From assembly GCA_010909165.1 (NCBI GenBank), contig MU008174.1:1116001-1180000 (forward strand): 64,000 nucleotides of DNA, written 5' to 3'. Below the pieces are notes generated by a model that did not search any database, was not told the DNA's origin, and was given only the letters and a program-made list of their open reading frames with translations. The stretch comes from Anthoceros angustus (taxonomy: Eukaryota; Plantae; Anthocerotophyta). Shown here one piece after another: positions 20,630 through 33,568 of this stretch. Each line of letters begins with the position of its first letter. Positions within the stretch are counted from its first letter, which is position 1. A program made the position numbers and the translations under genes.

Positions 20630-22494
20630 TTACAAGTCTCTATGGGCATCTGCTTCGACCACCGAGTGTATCCTCTTGTCTTGCCAGGCAGCAGAACCAT
20701 ACAGGCGTGAGAGAAGCAGTCGCACAACATTCTCAGCTGCAACTGCGCTCGTCTCCATAGTGCTGGCAGCATTTTCAAAGGCGTTGACATAGTACAGGTG
20801 TCCATCGTCAAGGAGAAAGGGAGCAAACTTCTCGGGTGCCTGATAGTGAGGATAAGCTGCCCAGTCAATCCTCACTGTACTCGTGCGTTTACTGGACAAG
20901 TGAACAGAAAGGATTTAGACACCATCACTGGATGGCAAGGTGATCATAAGCAGGCAAAAAAGACTGGACCTCTAACCTGAAAAGTTGATCCAAGATCTTG
21001 TCTGTCAACTCCGATCGAGAAAAAACTTTGTAGGCTTTGTCATTTTCACCATAATCACGAAGAACGTTGATGCTTGAGAAGGGCAACGTCGGCTCTTCAA
21101 CAGTGCCGACGAGAATCGGCAAGCTGGACACAGCATCCATGCCAAAGTATCCCTGCCATGAGGCAATCAAAGCTCAAATCTACACGCTCAGAAACCGTTA
21201 ACAGTTAAGTGTATGCTGTTACAAGATGAGGATCTGAGCCAAGCTCCATGACAAGCAGAATGAAACTGTACCGGATTGATGACACCACGAACAAATGTTG
21301 TGAATGTGTGCTGCATTCGCCGTGCTGGGAGCTGGAGAGACGGGCTGAACTTTATGGGCACTTCATCCAATGGAGTCGCCACAACAACCACATCACATTC
21401 CCTTTCCTGGCCGGAGCTGAATCTGAGAATGTATGAGCCGCTGCCACTGGCCGAGACAGCATCCACTGCCTCGTTGAGATGGAGAGATGCATTTGCGAGC
21501 TTGATGATGCCATCTGCCATCTGCCAGTTGCCACCTTCCACTGCCCAGAGATCTCCGCCAGACCCACACAATGACACTGCCCCAGCAAGTCCACTAATAC
21601 TTGCATTCTGACCATAGTTTATCCGCACAATCATCTACAACAGGTCTTAAGCAACTGTCAGCTCGGATCCAATAAGCCCTAGCCCTGGATCTGGAGCCTT
21701 GAGAAACAGAAAATACTACTTCTCACCGTGATAAGCTCATCAATGAGGCGAGATGACAGGCCTTCCTCAATCAGATCATCGAGCATAGCACCCTGTGTGC
21801 TTTCATACAAGCCCACAGATTTGAGGAGTCCTTCAACTGTGTCATATGCTGGCCGACCCTCATCATAAAAATGCATCCACTTTTCCAGCATATCCTGCAC
21901 AGACAAGGGCAAATTGACCTAGACAACATAAGTGCAAGGGAGACAGGAAAGGCAGGAAACGGGTAGCTGTTATTGTCATACCGAGACATAAGTTTGCATC
22001 GTCCACAAGCTCCTCCCGTAGCGCCACAGAATATACAAAGTATTGTATAGCTCGGTAAACTTCCTGGATATGAAAGAGCCACCTGGCTGCAGTGTCTTGA
22101 GGACAAATTTCTGTCCATCCCATATACCGAAGCTATCGCTGTCTGGAGAAGATTCGCGCTTCAGACCCAGCAACTCCACGAATCGGACAGTGTGCAGATT
22201 CTTAGGATGCAGAATTGAGGCCCCGGCCTCGAATGTATCCCCGGCCAGCTCCACCACTGCCATTCGCCCCCCTACCTTGTTGTGTCTTTCAAAGATGTGG
22301 ATGTCTAGCTCCCTTTCTGGTCCAGCATAAGAGCGCAGAAAATGGGCTGTGGATGCCCCTGCGATCCCACTGCCTACAATGCATACCTTCTCCGCCTCAC
22401 ATCTGAAGACAAACAACCCCACCAGAAGTGCCCACAGCCGCCATTGCGGCAGGCCACATGTGGCCTTCATCTCATCAAATTTTGTGACGGACAT
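20630..22494 (-). CDS. FCLY: Farnesylcysteine lyase (prenylcysteine oxidase); multi-exon
   Basis: Signal peptide, FAD motif 'VCIVGSGIAGASTAHFL', 'FEAGASILHPKN', 'RINYGQ..SISGLAGAVSL.GS', 'WAVEGGNWQM', 'WAAYPHY', 'YYVNAFENAASTMETSAVAAENVVRL'. Start is ATG 22494 or 22470. Confidence 0.95.
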
Positions 22495-23322
22495 GAGTGT
22501 CTGCGTTTCCTCTGTAGTCCACAATGCGTGCTGCAGCCGGCACGCTTCCTGGAGAAGTAGAATGCGTTCAGCCTCTGATGCATTCTATTGTATGCCATCC
22601 TATTTCTGCCCAATGGGCAACGTATGTAGTCAAGTCAATTATGCCCTAACACAAGCTGGATGTAGTCAAGCTGTTCACTTGACAGTTGAAACTCATGTAC
22701 AGTGGTCTGCTTATCCTTGAACACAGATTAGGAGGCCATCCTTGTTTTATGAGAAGATAGGCTTTTATTTGCCATACCTTTCCTTCCCGGCTGTCGTGGA
22801 TGGCGGATATGGGTATCAAATGAAGCGGCCGTGGCTGACATGGTCTGAAGAAGATGTCAAGGCAGTTTGCTGGAAAGTGTTCTTTCAAGGAAAAGTTGAA
22901 GTCAGGCATGTCAATTCCATCTTTGGGGGGCAGATAATGTCTGCAATCGTTTCAAGCTCTGGACTCCTCACAGCCGTCCCATTTGCAGATTCTCATGTCT
23001 GTGAAAATACGGTGCGACTCCTGCTCTCAGGGAAACTTCCTCAGACACTTCCTATTCATTCTCGAAGACTTGTGAATGATGTGAAACTAGTGGAAGGTTC
23101 TTCGTGTATGTGGACAGATAATCGATCCCATGCATAATCGCGAATGCTTGCCAGGTTGAAAGAACAAGCAAATTGAATGTACAAAGGACTGTTTGTCTAA
23201 ATGTGATCAATGTGATCTACATGAAACAGCCTGGCCTTCTACCCTACACATCTATCCATTATAGTCTGATGGCACTGATGACTGCAAAGACTGTTTGCAA
23301 GCCATTGAGCACCTCAAAGTTG

Positions 23323-24841
23323 TCAAGATCGGCGGACTAGAATAGCCACGATTGCACACATCCTGATGTTACTGTACTTGTCGTAGTTTTGGGTGGCCTT
23401 GGCCTCCAGCCGCTGGAACAAGAGGTCCGATAGCTCGGGCCCGATGTGGCTGTTGAGCAGCCCCGATGTCACGCTCCTCGTCTTGTTTGCCCAGCTCCTT
23501 CCAAATGCTTCTCGGGTTGGCCACATCCGCTTCTTCTCGTCGGCGGGGATGATGTCGTCCTTCGCCACATTGTCCAGCAAGTGGATATCGAACAGGCTTG
23601 ACTCCTTCACAGCTTTTCTTACTTCTGCCAGACTTCTGCTGTACGCTGAAATGTTGAAAGTATCAAGCTTCTCTTGTTCAATCACGCCCTGTCAATGAAG
23701 ATGTACACATGATTGTGAAAAGAAGGATTTTGGAATAAGCTCAGGCATGCAGCTGCTAGAAGGAAACCAAATTGGAAGTGATTTCAAGGAAGTAGCTGAT
23801 TAGTAGACTACCTCAGAAACGAGCTCCTGGAAGCTTTGTTGTAGCAATTCGCCAGCCTCATTCAAGCCTTGAAACTCTTGTACTCCGTGAGCCAGGTCCC
23901 GTCCATTCCTAACACGGTCTTTCTCCAACCTGCCTCCGAACATCAACACCAAAATCCCGCCGGGCACCAGCTCTTCCGCTCGGAATTGCAGAAACTTCCT
24001 CAAATCTTCCGCGGATTGTCGAGCAATCACATCTCGCACTGGTCCACTGGTTCCATCGAACCAGATGCGGTTTTTGTTGCAGGCCGCAGAACTCCTGTCT
24101 GTAATCTCTGCAGGAACCTGCAAACAAGCCAAGCCAAAATGTCAAAAAAAACTCTACTTTCATCAGACCCTCGCATCCAAGCAATTGAACACAATGCCAA
24201 TCCACTGATCCCGCATTTACAACGCCGGCAACGATCCTGACGGACATGTGCAGCAACAATGCGGATGGAGGAAGCGTGGAAACCGAGAAACTCACCTCGG
24301 AGAGCCAATGCAGGGCAGAGAAAGAGGAGATGACATGCGTGCTCCTGGAAGGGAAGAGCCTCTCCTTGAAGAAAGAGCCGGGGACACCGCCGGCGTAGAA
24401 AATCCTCTTGCTAGCATTGCGCCTGAAATCCTTGAGGGACAGACTAGCACCACGATGGAGAGGAGGCAATTCTTGGAACAAAATGTTGAAATCGTTGGAC
24501 GGCAGATCGGAGAAGAAGACTTCCACCTCCGGCATTTCCACATCCTCAATCTGGTATCTGTATTTCATCACATCCAGAATGCTCTTCACAGCATTCAGCG
24601 TGTTGCTGCCGGTGGCGCATCCCAGATCTGCCACTCTGAGAGCTGGCGCGCCGGGCGTGGGAGCGGGTATGTCCCGCACCTCCCTCAAGGCGGTGTAGAG
24701 AAGGCTTTCACAGAAATTGAAGACATGCGCTTGCGATTGCGAGTTCTTAGCGTAGCTGGCGTCCCCGTTGCCTCCCGACATGCTGGACTTGGCAAGCTGG
24801 ATGGCGTCGCTCTCGCCGCTGTGGAGCGCCTGGATCGTCAT
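23323..24841 (-). CDS. SABATH family SAM-dependent carboxyl methyltransferase; 3 exons
   Basis: 'MSGGNGDASYAKNSQSQ', 'VADLGCATGSNT', 'FFSDLPSNDFN', 'GVPGSFF.ERLFP', 'ALHWLS', 'FLQFRAEELVPGG', 'EKLDTFN'. GT-AG introns. Confidence 0.95.
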
Positions 24842-26555
24842 TTTGCAAAATGAAACAACTGAATGTCGAAATGCAAAGCCGGATTGTTGTGAGACTGGAC
24901 CGTAGGCACCAAAGGATGTGCGAGGACAGGCTCAACAGCGTTCTGCTCTCAGCAATCTATCAAACACAGGGAAGCTTAAGGGAGGTGTAGGAATCTGCAA
25001 TAAAAGTGAACAGGATCTGATGGATGCAAAATAGGCCTGGGCAGCTCCCTTATATGGTTAGTAGACATGGCCGGCCTATATTTGTTCTAGAACAACGCGG
25101 GACGGCACCAGACTACGCGGAGTCATACCCCACTTCGGGAATTACGGTCAAGGTCAAATCCCTTCACTTGGTCGACAACTACTGAAAGACTGTCAATATT
25201 TACTCCCGTTTACAGCCGAAGACTTCTAGTCTTTACTTTTTTTTTTCCCTAGTAAATTTAAACTTTTATATACACTGGAATTTTAGGGCATTGACAACTC
25301 ACAAGTGGCAAGCCGCCTATACTCCGCAACACACTATGGATGCCCTAACAATTGGAACGGGTGGCTCGCACATTGCGAAGATGAGGGTATGATGTTTTTA
25401 ATAGGTGGCCCTTAGCACCATGAAATCTAGGGATGGATAGTATCTCATCCAAACATTGATCTGTTTGAATGATATCAGTAGGAGCCTTGATGGTGGTCAA
25501 GTGAAGACAAGAAGTGACGTCGATGGGTTCATTGGAACTCTTCAATAAAAATGCTCTCTCGAATCGAGCGCAAGCCACGTTGATGATTTTAGAGTCTTCC
25601 TAACTCAAGAATCGGCAATTACTCAAGGAACGTATTTGATTGATGGTGTGTCTTCTTTGTTCATAATATATTTTTTATTACTTCATATCGCCTAATGTAA
25701 TATTTGCATGCTCGCACGTTTGTCATTTTCCTCTTCTTTGGCAGTAAATAGTTGATGGTACAACAATACAAATGGTGGAGAAATCATTACCATGGGGATT
25801 TGGGCAGTAGGAGATGAGAAGGAAGGACGGAATTCTGGGAAGTTCTTCAATATGTGTCGGGCATCAAACTCTAATGATGGATTGGGACTTGTTGATGGAA
25901 ATATTTGTATTAACACAACTATCTCAGTTCCAATTGTTGACCTAATGAATGCGAGCTGGTGATTATCATTTTGCAAACTTAATTATTTTGCAAACTTAAT
26001 TCTTTCTGGGGAGACCTGGAGCTATATCTCTGGAGATAAGAATGATGGAGATGGTCCTAAGACGATGTACATTTATGATTCATGAAAAGCTTAGGTGGAT
26101 GTCTTTTTTGTTTAACTTGAAATGAAATGCCTTCAGACATTTGATAAAAAAAATTTTGATTTTTTGATTTTTGAAAGTATTTTCAGCTTCTAAAGAAATA
26201 ATGTTGAATGTTTCAGTCTTTCATGTTGAGTCTTGATCTCCATCAACTCTAACTTTGCTGCAATCCAAGTTTAAAAGTAGATAGTGAACTGCGGCCGGAA
26301 TCCTTGCGCTCGGTCCTAGCTTTCAGTGGAACCCTTATTGCCCATGGATCCGACCCCCTTGGTCACCCTACACATGAGTTAGTAGCCTATACCCCTTGCA
26401 GCTTCTGGTTTGGCATCTTGCGGCTAGGATAGTTCTCCCCACTTGAACAAGGACACTGTACATATTTTGGCTTTTCATATGAAATACAGTTTCGCTACAA
26501 AAGAAACTTTGCTACAATCTTGAGATCAACTCTAATTTTACTTGAATCCAGATTA

Positions 26556-27015
26556 TGCAAACCATTAGTAGCAAGAAAACTACAGCGAAGGACTTTGGAT
26601 TCTCAGATTTGGTAATGTTAGGCAACACCAAAAAGCACCCACTGTACAGCCATGGTCACGAGCGGATTTGTCAATTGTTGTATTCCCAGCAATCAACACT
26701 ATCGGTATCGCTTCACAGCACATTGATTTCGCCAAGGGCGGGGTGAACCCACCACACCACCACGAGCAGGCTATGGGGACCATCTACAAGGTGGAGGTCA
26801 GCTGGAGGTGGGATTTGTGCCTTCCCAAGCCAAGAAGCTCTACAACACCACTCTCTAGCGGTACCAGGTATACGTGTTTTTAAGGGGATCTTCATTTTCA
26901 TGATGAAAGTGGCGGATGATGTGTCTTGGGTCATCTTTATGATCAACACGCAATGTTCCACAACTCCAACTTCATCCCTATGCTCTGGACTTCGCGCGTC
27001 CCTGTAGATGTTTGT
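26556..27015 (+). pseudogene. Degenerate germin-like pseudogene, inverted relative to the rest of the cluster
   Basis: Frame-shifted remnants 'TTAKDFGFSDLV.LGNTKKHPL', 'AINTIGIASQHIDFAKGGVNPPHHHEQA', 'LEVGFVPSQAKKLY', 'SWVI..INTQ' align to the minus-strand germin copies. No signal peptide region. Confidence 0.8.
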
Positions 27016-27886
27016 GTTTGTTTTTTTTAGTGAACACATCTAATATTTACATTCCACTTACTAGAGGCTCCGTCCGACATGTCTTACAACAGAAGAAATA
27101 CCTAGCTACGAGGTGTTGCAGAGACATACAATAGCAGCCCATATATTACAATTAGCAAAGGTTATTTATGAGGTAGGTCCTAAGGGCTTCACAACAAGCA
27201 GGCCACCAAGGGCCAAGATGCTACTCATTGGCATCCCATCCTCGTAATGATTCAATTGAGGTCTCTTAATTAAGGAGTTCTACTTTACTCATGACTACCA
27301 TGGCATTCCTCAATACACTCAAATATTTTACTCGGGCTATTTGGTTTAAGTTAAATATCCTTGGACATTGTGCGGAAGTGTTCCCTTAAATGAACCACAT
27401 ATTATGCTGGGTTGGGAGGTACCACCTCATCCGGCGTTGCGTTTTTATTCTTGGTAAGTGGTTTATGGATAAATGAAGTCCACAAGTTTGCAAAGGTGAA
27501 AGATGCATTTGTGGGAAGATATCTCAGCTCCGGCAAGGCTAGTCAAACCCAACCCGTTGTCTTTTTGTCCCATGATGTCCTTAGTGTCTTTCATAATTGG
27601 GGAGCATGTTCTTTTTAGAAGCGGAACTAAAATGGTAGAACATTTTTTTGTCTTGAGAAATCTTTTTTGAACTTGTACATTTTAATTGATGCGTATTATT
27701 TTATATTCACAAAAAAACTAAGTTATTATTCCATACCTATGACTACTACTATTAAATTAAAAACTGAATACATATTCTATGACTTATCAATGTGGGTAGA
27801 GGATATCTATTGCCATGACTACTTTACAAAGTCTCCATCTCCCCGTATCAAATGCGGGTGGAGGATATGCATTTCTCCGACTTATA

Positions 27887-28026
27887 TCAATGTGGGTAGA
27901 GAGCTCCTGCTTCTTCTCGAGGTCTTTTGTTTTTACATGCCTGCCGTTGATGCCGAACGTTTGTGATAAAACATCCACATGAATGCCCGAGGTGAAGAGG
28001 GCAGGGGCGAAGTTGGAAGCCGGAGA
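27887..28026 (-). pseudogene. C-terminal piece of the TE-disrupted germin-like gene (copy A1)
   Basis: 'SPASNFAPALFTSGIHVDVLSQTFGINGRHVK...' and a stop-region 'tcaatgtgggtaga' matching the intact copies. Cut at the CACTA TIR. Confidence 0.9.
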
Positions 28027-28569
28027 CACTACAACAATACATGCCCAATTAACACGTATTTATTCACGCCTAATTGACGGATTCGAGGCAGGATTGACGT
28101 GCGCTCTGGTAGTTTCCGGTATCATTTGCACATCTTAGTGAGAACGTGAGACTCGAGGGGAATGACACAAGAACCCTTCCTCGCCCGAACGCCTTAACCC
28201 GTGGTCCGTGCTTTCAATACCCATCCGTATTTGGACGGTGAAATACTTAAAAACCCCAAACGAAACGCTTACCGTCGTGTCGGCCGTCGCGAGGAAGGCG
28301 CCACGTGCGTGGCGGAGAAAAGCCCAGACCACCTGCACACGTTTTCGTCGTGCGCTTCGCTCACCGGAGGAGCCTGGTCAGGGGCGACCCGGCTCAATAC
28401 AAGCTTGGCGTGGGGTTCGTTTTCAATTTCCCACATTCGCCGTACCCTCATGCAACCGGAGCTTGCATAGCACGCTCCGGTCGAGGCGGGTTGGTAAATT
28501 CCAGTGATACTGACAAGAAGCCTTTCACACGGCGGTCAGTGAGCATGGCGGTTGCGTCCACAGGGGATT

Positions 28570-31500
28570 GATTTGAAAGAGCAAAGCCATGGTGGCCCTA
28601 CAATAATGAAGTTTGAGCCTGCATAGCTTGCCAAAATCAGCAAAACAAATGCCCTGTATTCCACACAACCAGGCCCTCAACTTGACTGAAATGGGTCTAA
28701 TGTCGTATCAAAAACTTTGCTCTACTTGTAGCGCACTGGAATGGGGACGTCCCTCTTGCCCGCTTCTCTTTGCGCTTGTTCCACCGCTCCGTGCAGGTGG
28801 CCTCTTCTTCCTTTGTAGTCAACTGCGGGCTCTTGGCTTTGATGATGCAGCTCGCTTGCCATGTTCCTCCGCACCGCGATCCTTAATGCTCGCAACATCC
28901 CCATCAAACACCATGAGAAAATTGTACACCACGCCTGCATGTACATATCATCATCCAATGACTTACCCCCGATTTGACGGTGTATTAAGCTACTAGAAAC
29001 ATGGTGTCCATGTTATGGTGTTTTATAATGGGATTCGGGTTTTGTAACGCCTATGGCGGTTTTGTAACATGCATTAGGCCGTGTCTTGGTAGGATCTGAC
29101 CAGCTTAACATGAAGGTCGTGACAACAAAATTTGTTACACACTTTAGGCCAGTTTTGATTTGAGTCGGAGTTGTTCCAGCCTTAGCCGGAGTTTGTGGCC
29201 TTCGGTCCACGCATTAATTACCCATCGGGTTTTTTTCAAACTTAACACGCTACCGACATCCCCATCCGCTCCCAAATCATTCCACCACAGACGCCTGGCC
29301 CCTTTCGGGCGGGGTGCAACGGCTCATGTCCCGACATACATCGCCGCCTTGACATGTGGCATGTACATCCCACGCCCCATGTACGCCTCTCGAACTCACA
29401 TACGTCCGATCCAGATGTCGATGATGCCTTCATGTCCGCATCATTTCATACATACGTCGTATACAAAGTCGATGCTATATGAAGTCGCGTTATTTGGTCA
29501 AAAATCACAATACACCAGGGGTTACACCAATCGCTAAGCACCATGTCCATGTCATTTCATGGTTTTGTAGTTTCGCGGCCTCGAGATCTAATTATACTCG
29601 CGGCGCGATTTGATCATTGCATCGCCATGACACTTTTGCGGCCTTTGGCTCTTTTCGCATTCCGTGATACATGTGCTCCTTTCCGCTTTGTGCCTTTCCA
29701 TCGTTGGTTCTCTTCGGATGGTTGCAGTGCCCTCCACATTGACGACGCCCATGACCGCCAGCTCGCATGAGAAGAAACATTAGTGTAACCAAGTGCAGCC
29801 CAAACCTCATGAGTCCATCAAGACGTCTCACCGACTTCGCGCCTCCTTCGACGCCGAGGCCTTTGTCTTCACCGCTCGGGCCTCGCCTTCTACGCCGTGA
29901 CGTGGCAACCTATCGCCGCTCGCCGCGCCCGAGAACGAGTATACACTTCCTCGAAATCGTCGTTGTCTGACGCCAATGCCCCTCCACCTAGTGACTCCGA
30001 TGTGCAGATGTGTGACATGCCAACGCTTTTTCCATTCTTCCCGTTGTCTTCATCCCCATTCGCACCCGTCCCTTCCCCCTCTTCTGCATACTCTTCTCCG
30101 TCCCCTCATCCTCCGAGCACCTCGTCCTCGGAATTTGTGTCCTCGTATGTGTCATCCCCATCCGGCTCTTCCCCACCGTCTTCATCCTCATCTCACACCA
30201 ACATCCAAATCGAATTAATTCCTCGCACACTTACTCCGAATTGCGTTTGGCCTGTGGTTTTGGCATCGCTGAGCCCTTATTATGACCCGCAGATCTTTCA
30301 AAAGTCCGCCATGTGGTCCCCGCCCATCACATCCCACGCTCATGCATTTTGCTAGTGGCCGAGTGCACCAAAGTGATTCGGTTTGAAAGAGCAAAGCCAT
30401 GGTCCGCCCCTACAATAATGAAGTTTGGGCACGTGACTTAGCACCACAAAATCGCCCCAAACAAATGCCCTGCAATTCCACACAACCAGGCCCTCCAATA
30501 AATGGGTCCTCGTGGTATCAAAAAACTTTGCTCTACTTGTAGCGCAACGCTGGAATGGGAGGGACGTCCCTCTTTGCCCGCTTCTCTTTGCAGCTTGTTC
30601 CACCGCTCCCGGTACGGGCTGGCCTCTTCTTCCTTTGTGAATCTGGCTGCTGCTGGGCTCTTGGCTTTGATGATGCCTGGCTGCGTTTGCCATGTTCCTC
30701 CGCACCGGCGATCCCGAATGCCTGCAACATCCCCTGCATCAAACACCATGAGAAAATTGTACCTGCCTGCACCACACATGTACATATCATCATCCAACAG
30801 CTTACCCCGCTGATTCTGACTGACGGTGTCACTACTAGAAACATGGTGTCCATGTTATGGTGTTTTATAATGGGATTCGGGGTTTTTGTAACGTCTATGG
30901 CGGTTTTGTAACATGCATTAGGCCGTGTCTGCCGGATCCATTACAAAACACATAACATGAATTTGACAACAAAATTTGTTACACACTTTAGGCCCGGTTT
31001 CGGGTCGGAGTCGAGTTCAGTTCGCCTTGTCGAGTTTGTGGCCTTTTCCGGTCCACGCATTAATTACCATCGGGTTTTTTTCAAACTTAACACGCTGACA
31101 TCCCCATCCGCTCCCAAATCATTCCAGCGCGTCTGGCCCTTCGGTGTGCGGCTCATGTCCATGTGGCCACTTTTGCCGGACATGTGGCATGTACATCCTA
31201 CGGGCCCCATGTCGTCTCTGAACTGGCGACATACGTCCGATCTATGTCGGTATGCCTTCATGTCCGCATCATTTCATACATACGTCGTGCTGATGCTATA
31301 TAGTCGGCGTTATTTGGTCAAAATCACAATACGAGTTACTGCAAGCACCATGTCCATGTCATTTCATGGTTTTGTAGTTTCGGCCTCGACATCTAATTAT
31401 ACTCGCGTCGCGTATTTGGCTTCGCTCATGACACTTTTGCGGCCTTTGGCTCTTTTCGCATTCCGTGATCTGATTTGCTCCTTTCGCTTTGTGCCTTTCC

Positions 31501-32180
31501 ATCGTTGGTTCTCTTGATGGATGGTTGCGGGGCCCTCCACATTGACGTCCATGGCCGGTTGTGCGCATGAGAAGAAACATTAGTGCAGAACTAACAGGCA
31601 GCCCAAACCTCATGAGTCCATCAGTCGTCTCACCACGGACTTTTTCTCTCCTTCCCCTTCGACGCCGAGGCCTTTGTCTTCTTCTTGCATTTTGCTCGGG
31701 CCCTCGTCGATACGCCTTGGTGCCAAGGCGTGGCCACCTATCTGCTTTTTCTGTCGCTCGAGCAGTATACACTTCCTCGAAATCGTCGTTGTCGGCGATG
31801 CCCCTCCACCTAGTGACTCCGATGTGTGATGTGACATGCCAACGCTTTTTCCATTCTTCCGTTGTCTTCATCCCCATTCTTTTAGTCCCTTCCCCTCTTA
31901 CGCATACTCTTCTCCGTCCCTCGTCCTCCGCACCTCGTCCTCGGAATTTGTGTCCTCGTATGTGTCATCCCCATCGGCTCTTCCCCACCGTCTTCATCCT
32001 CATCGAAGCACCAACATCCAAATCGGAATTAATTCCACGCACTTACGAATTGCGTTTGGCCTCAAGGGTTTTGGCATCGCGTTGAGCCCTTATTATGACC
32101 CGATCTTTGAAAGTCGCGGTGGTTCTCCCGCTTCATCACATCCCAGTTCATGCATTTTGCTAGTGGCGAGTGCACCAAAT
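28570..32180. repeat. ~1.8-kb tandem duplication inside the CACTA
   Basis: 'tttgaaagagcaaagccatggt' at ~28572 and ~30382; shared end 'catgcattttgctagtgg' at ~30342 and ~32150. Copies differ mainly by small indels. Confidence 0.9.
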
Positions 32181-33568
32181 TCGCATTTCTTCGGTTGGGG
32201 CTCTCCCATACTTTTCTTGGAACTTGAACTCCCAGCACGTCCACAATGGCCCCATGGGTTTGGCCCTTGTCCATTGGATTTCTCCAATCTCGCCTTTGCT
32301 GCAAGCGATGCCTTGACGGCAAAAGTTCCGTGTTATCAGTTCAACTCGTGCCCATGTGACAATATCCCTCCACACCTTTTCATCCCCCAGTGGAGGTTTC
32401 AAAGCTGCGGCTTTTTTTTCCCTACTCTCTTCTCCGCTAAAGCGTATGCCTTTGCTGCCTCCACATATCTGTTGTTCCGCGTTCGGGTGTACTGACTAAA
32501 CTCCGACCTAATCATGGACTTCACCAGAGATCGGGAACCGTGAAGCCACTTCATAGTTCCTTCCTCCTTACTGCGACAAGTCGCTCCATTTGCCGGAATC
32601 TCGTTTGCGGCTTTCTTTGCGGATGACTTCCATGAACTTCTTGTGCTTGGCACCGAGGCCACCAAATGTCAATGGTGGCGGCCGGCTTGCCACATTCCCT
32701 TCCTCTTGCCCGCCACTTGTTAGCTCCAACGATTGGTCTGGACCCACCGCAATCCCCTTTTCCGTAGTATTGCTCCGACCACTCCTTGTTGTCCATATCG
32801 TCCTAGCAATGCTGGCCCATGTTTGCAACAACATGGTGCCTCCCGTTGACCGCTGCGGTGCAAAATTCCCCGCCCACACTTCGTGGAGGGCTGCTGCCAG
32901 GCGAGCTACGCGGGCACTACCCGGCGTGCCATTAGACTCGGCATCTTGCTGTGCGGAACCTCGTCAGGACATTTTCCTCCAGGCGAGGTCCTCCCCAACA
33001 TCCATGTCCTCCTCCATCTCGCATCCGGATCCCATATGGCATTTCCATGTGCTCCCAATGTCCACCCTTCGAAATTCGCAATGTCAACGACATCGCTGGC
33101 CGCCCGATTGCAGCCGAAGACGCCGATGCCTTCGACGGCAAAAGTTCCCGTGTTGTCCGCTCACCAAAGATGCACAGCGTGACTCAATTCAAGCAGACCG
33201 TATGAACATGTTGAAACTAACTGCTTCCTAAGAAAGGTATAGCACGAAACCATGTCTTCCAAGTGAGTTCTCCGGAACCGGCGAGAATTGCCGGACTCAC
33301 GAATGGGTCTGCAGCCATTTGCAAGCCATTTCGATTTGGTTAGGATAAAGCGCAAGATGTGAAGGCGGTAACGAGATGGCAAACCGCGGAATGGCGCATT
33401 ATAGCCTCCATCTCGACATGGCGGTGCCAAAACCGCCAGACCCTCCCTCGCCTCCGCCCCTGTTTTCAATTCACGGAAATGCCGGAATAGTTTTTGACAT
33501 GGCAATTTATTGCCGCATATCCTTGCGAGCGAGAAACCGATGGACTCGCCCGAATCGGACCGCTGCAC
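32160..33568 (-). pseudogene. Frameshifted remnants of the CACTA second ORF (TnpA/Ptta-like)
   Basis: Fragments such as 'WEFKFQEKYGRAPTEEMRIW' resemble the 'GRxPTxxE' segment of plant En/Spm Ptta proteins. They lie downstream of Tnp2 on the same strand. Weak similarity from memory. Confidence 0.4.

Noticed and set aside
22646-23137. ORFs of 87-131 aa between FCLY and the SABATH gene
   Set aside because: No motifs, overlapping on both strands; likely promoter/UTR sequence.
25345-25976. Two minus-strand ORFs in the AT-rich block upstream of the SABATH gene
   Set aside because: No recognisable similarity; many stops in adjoining frames.
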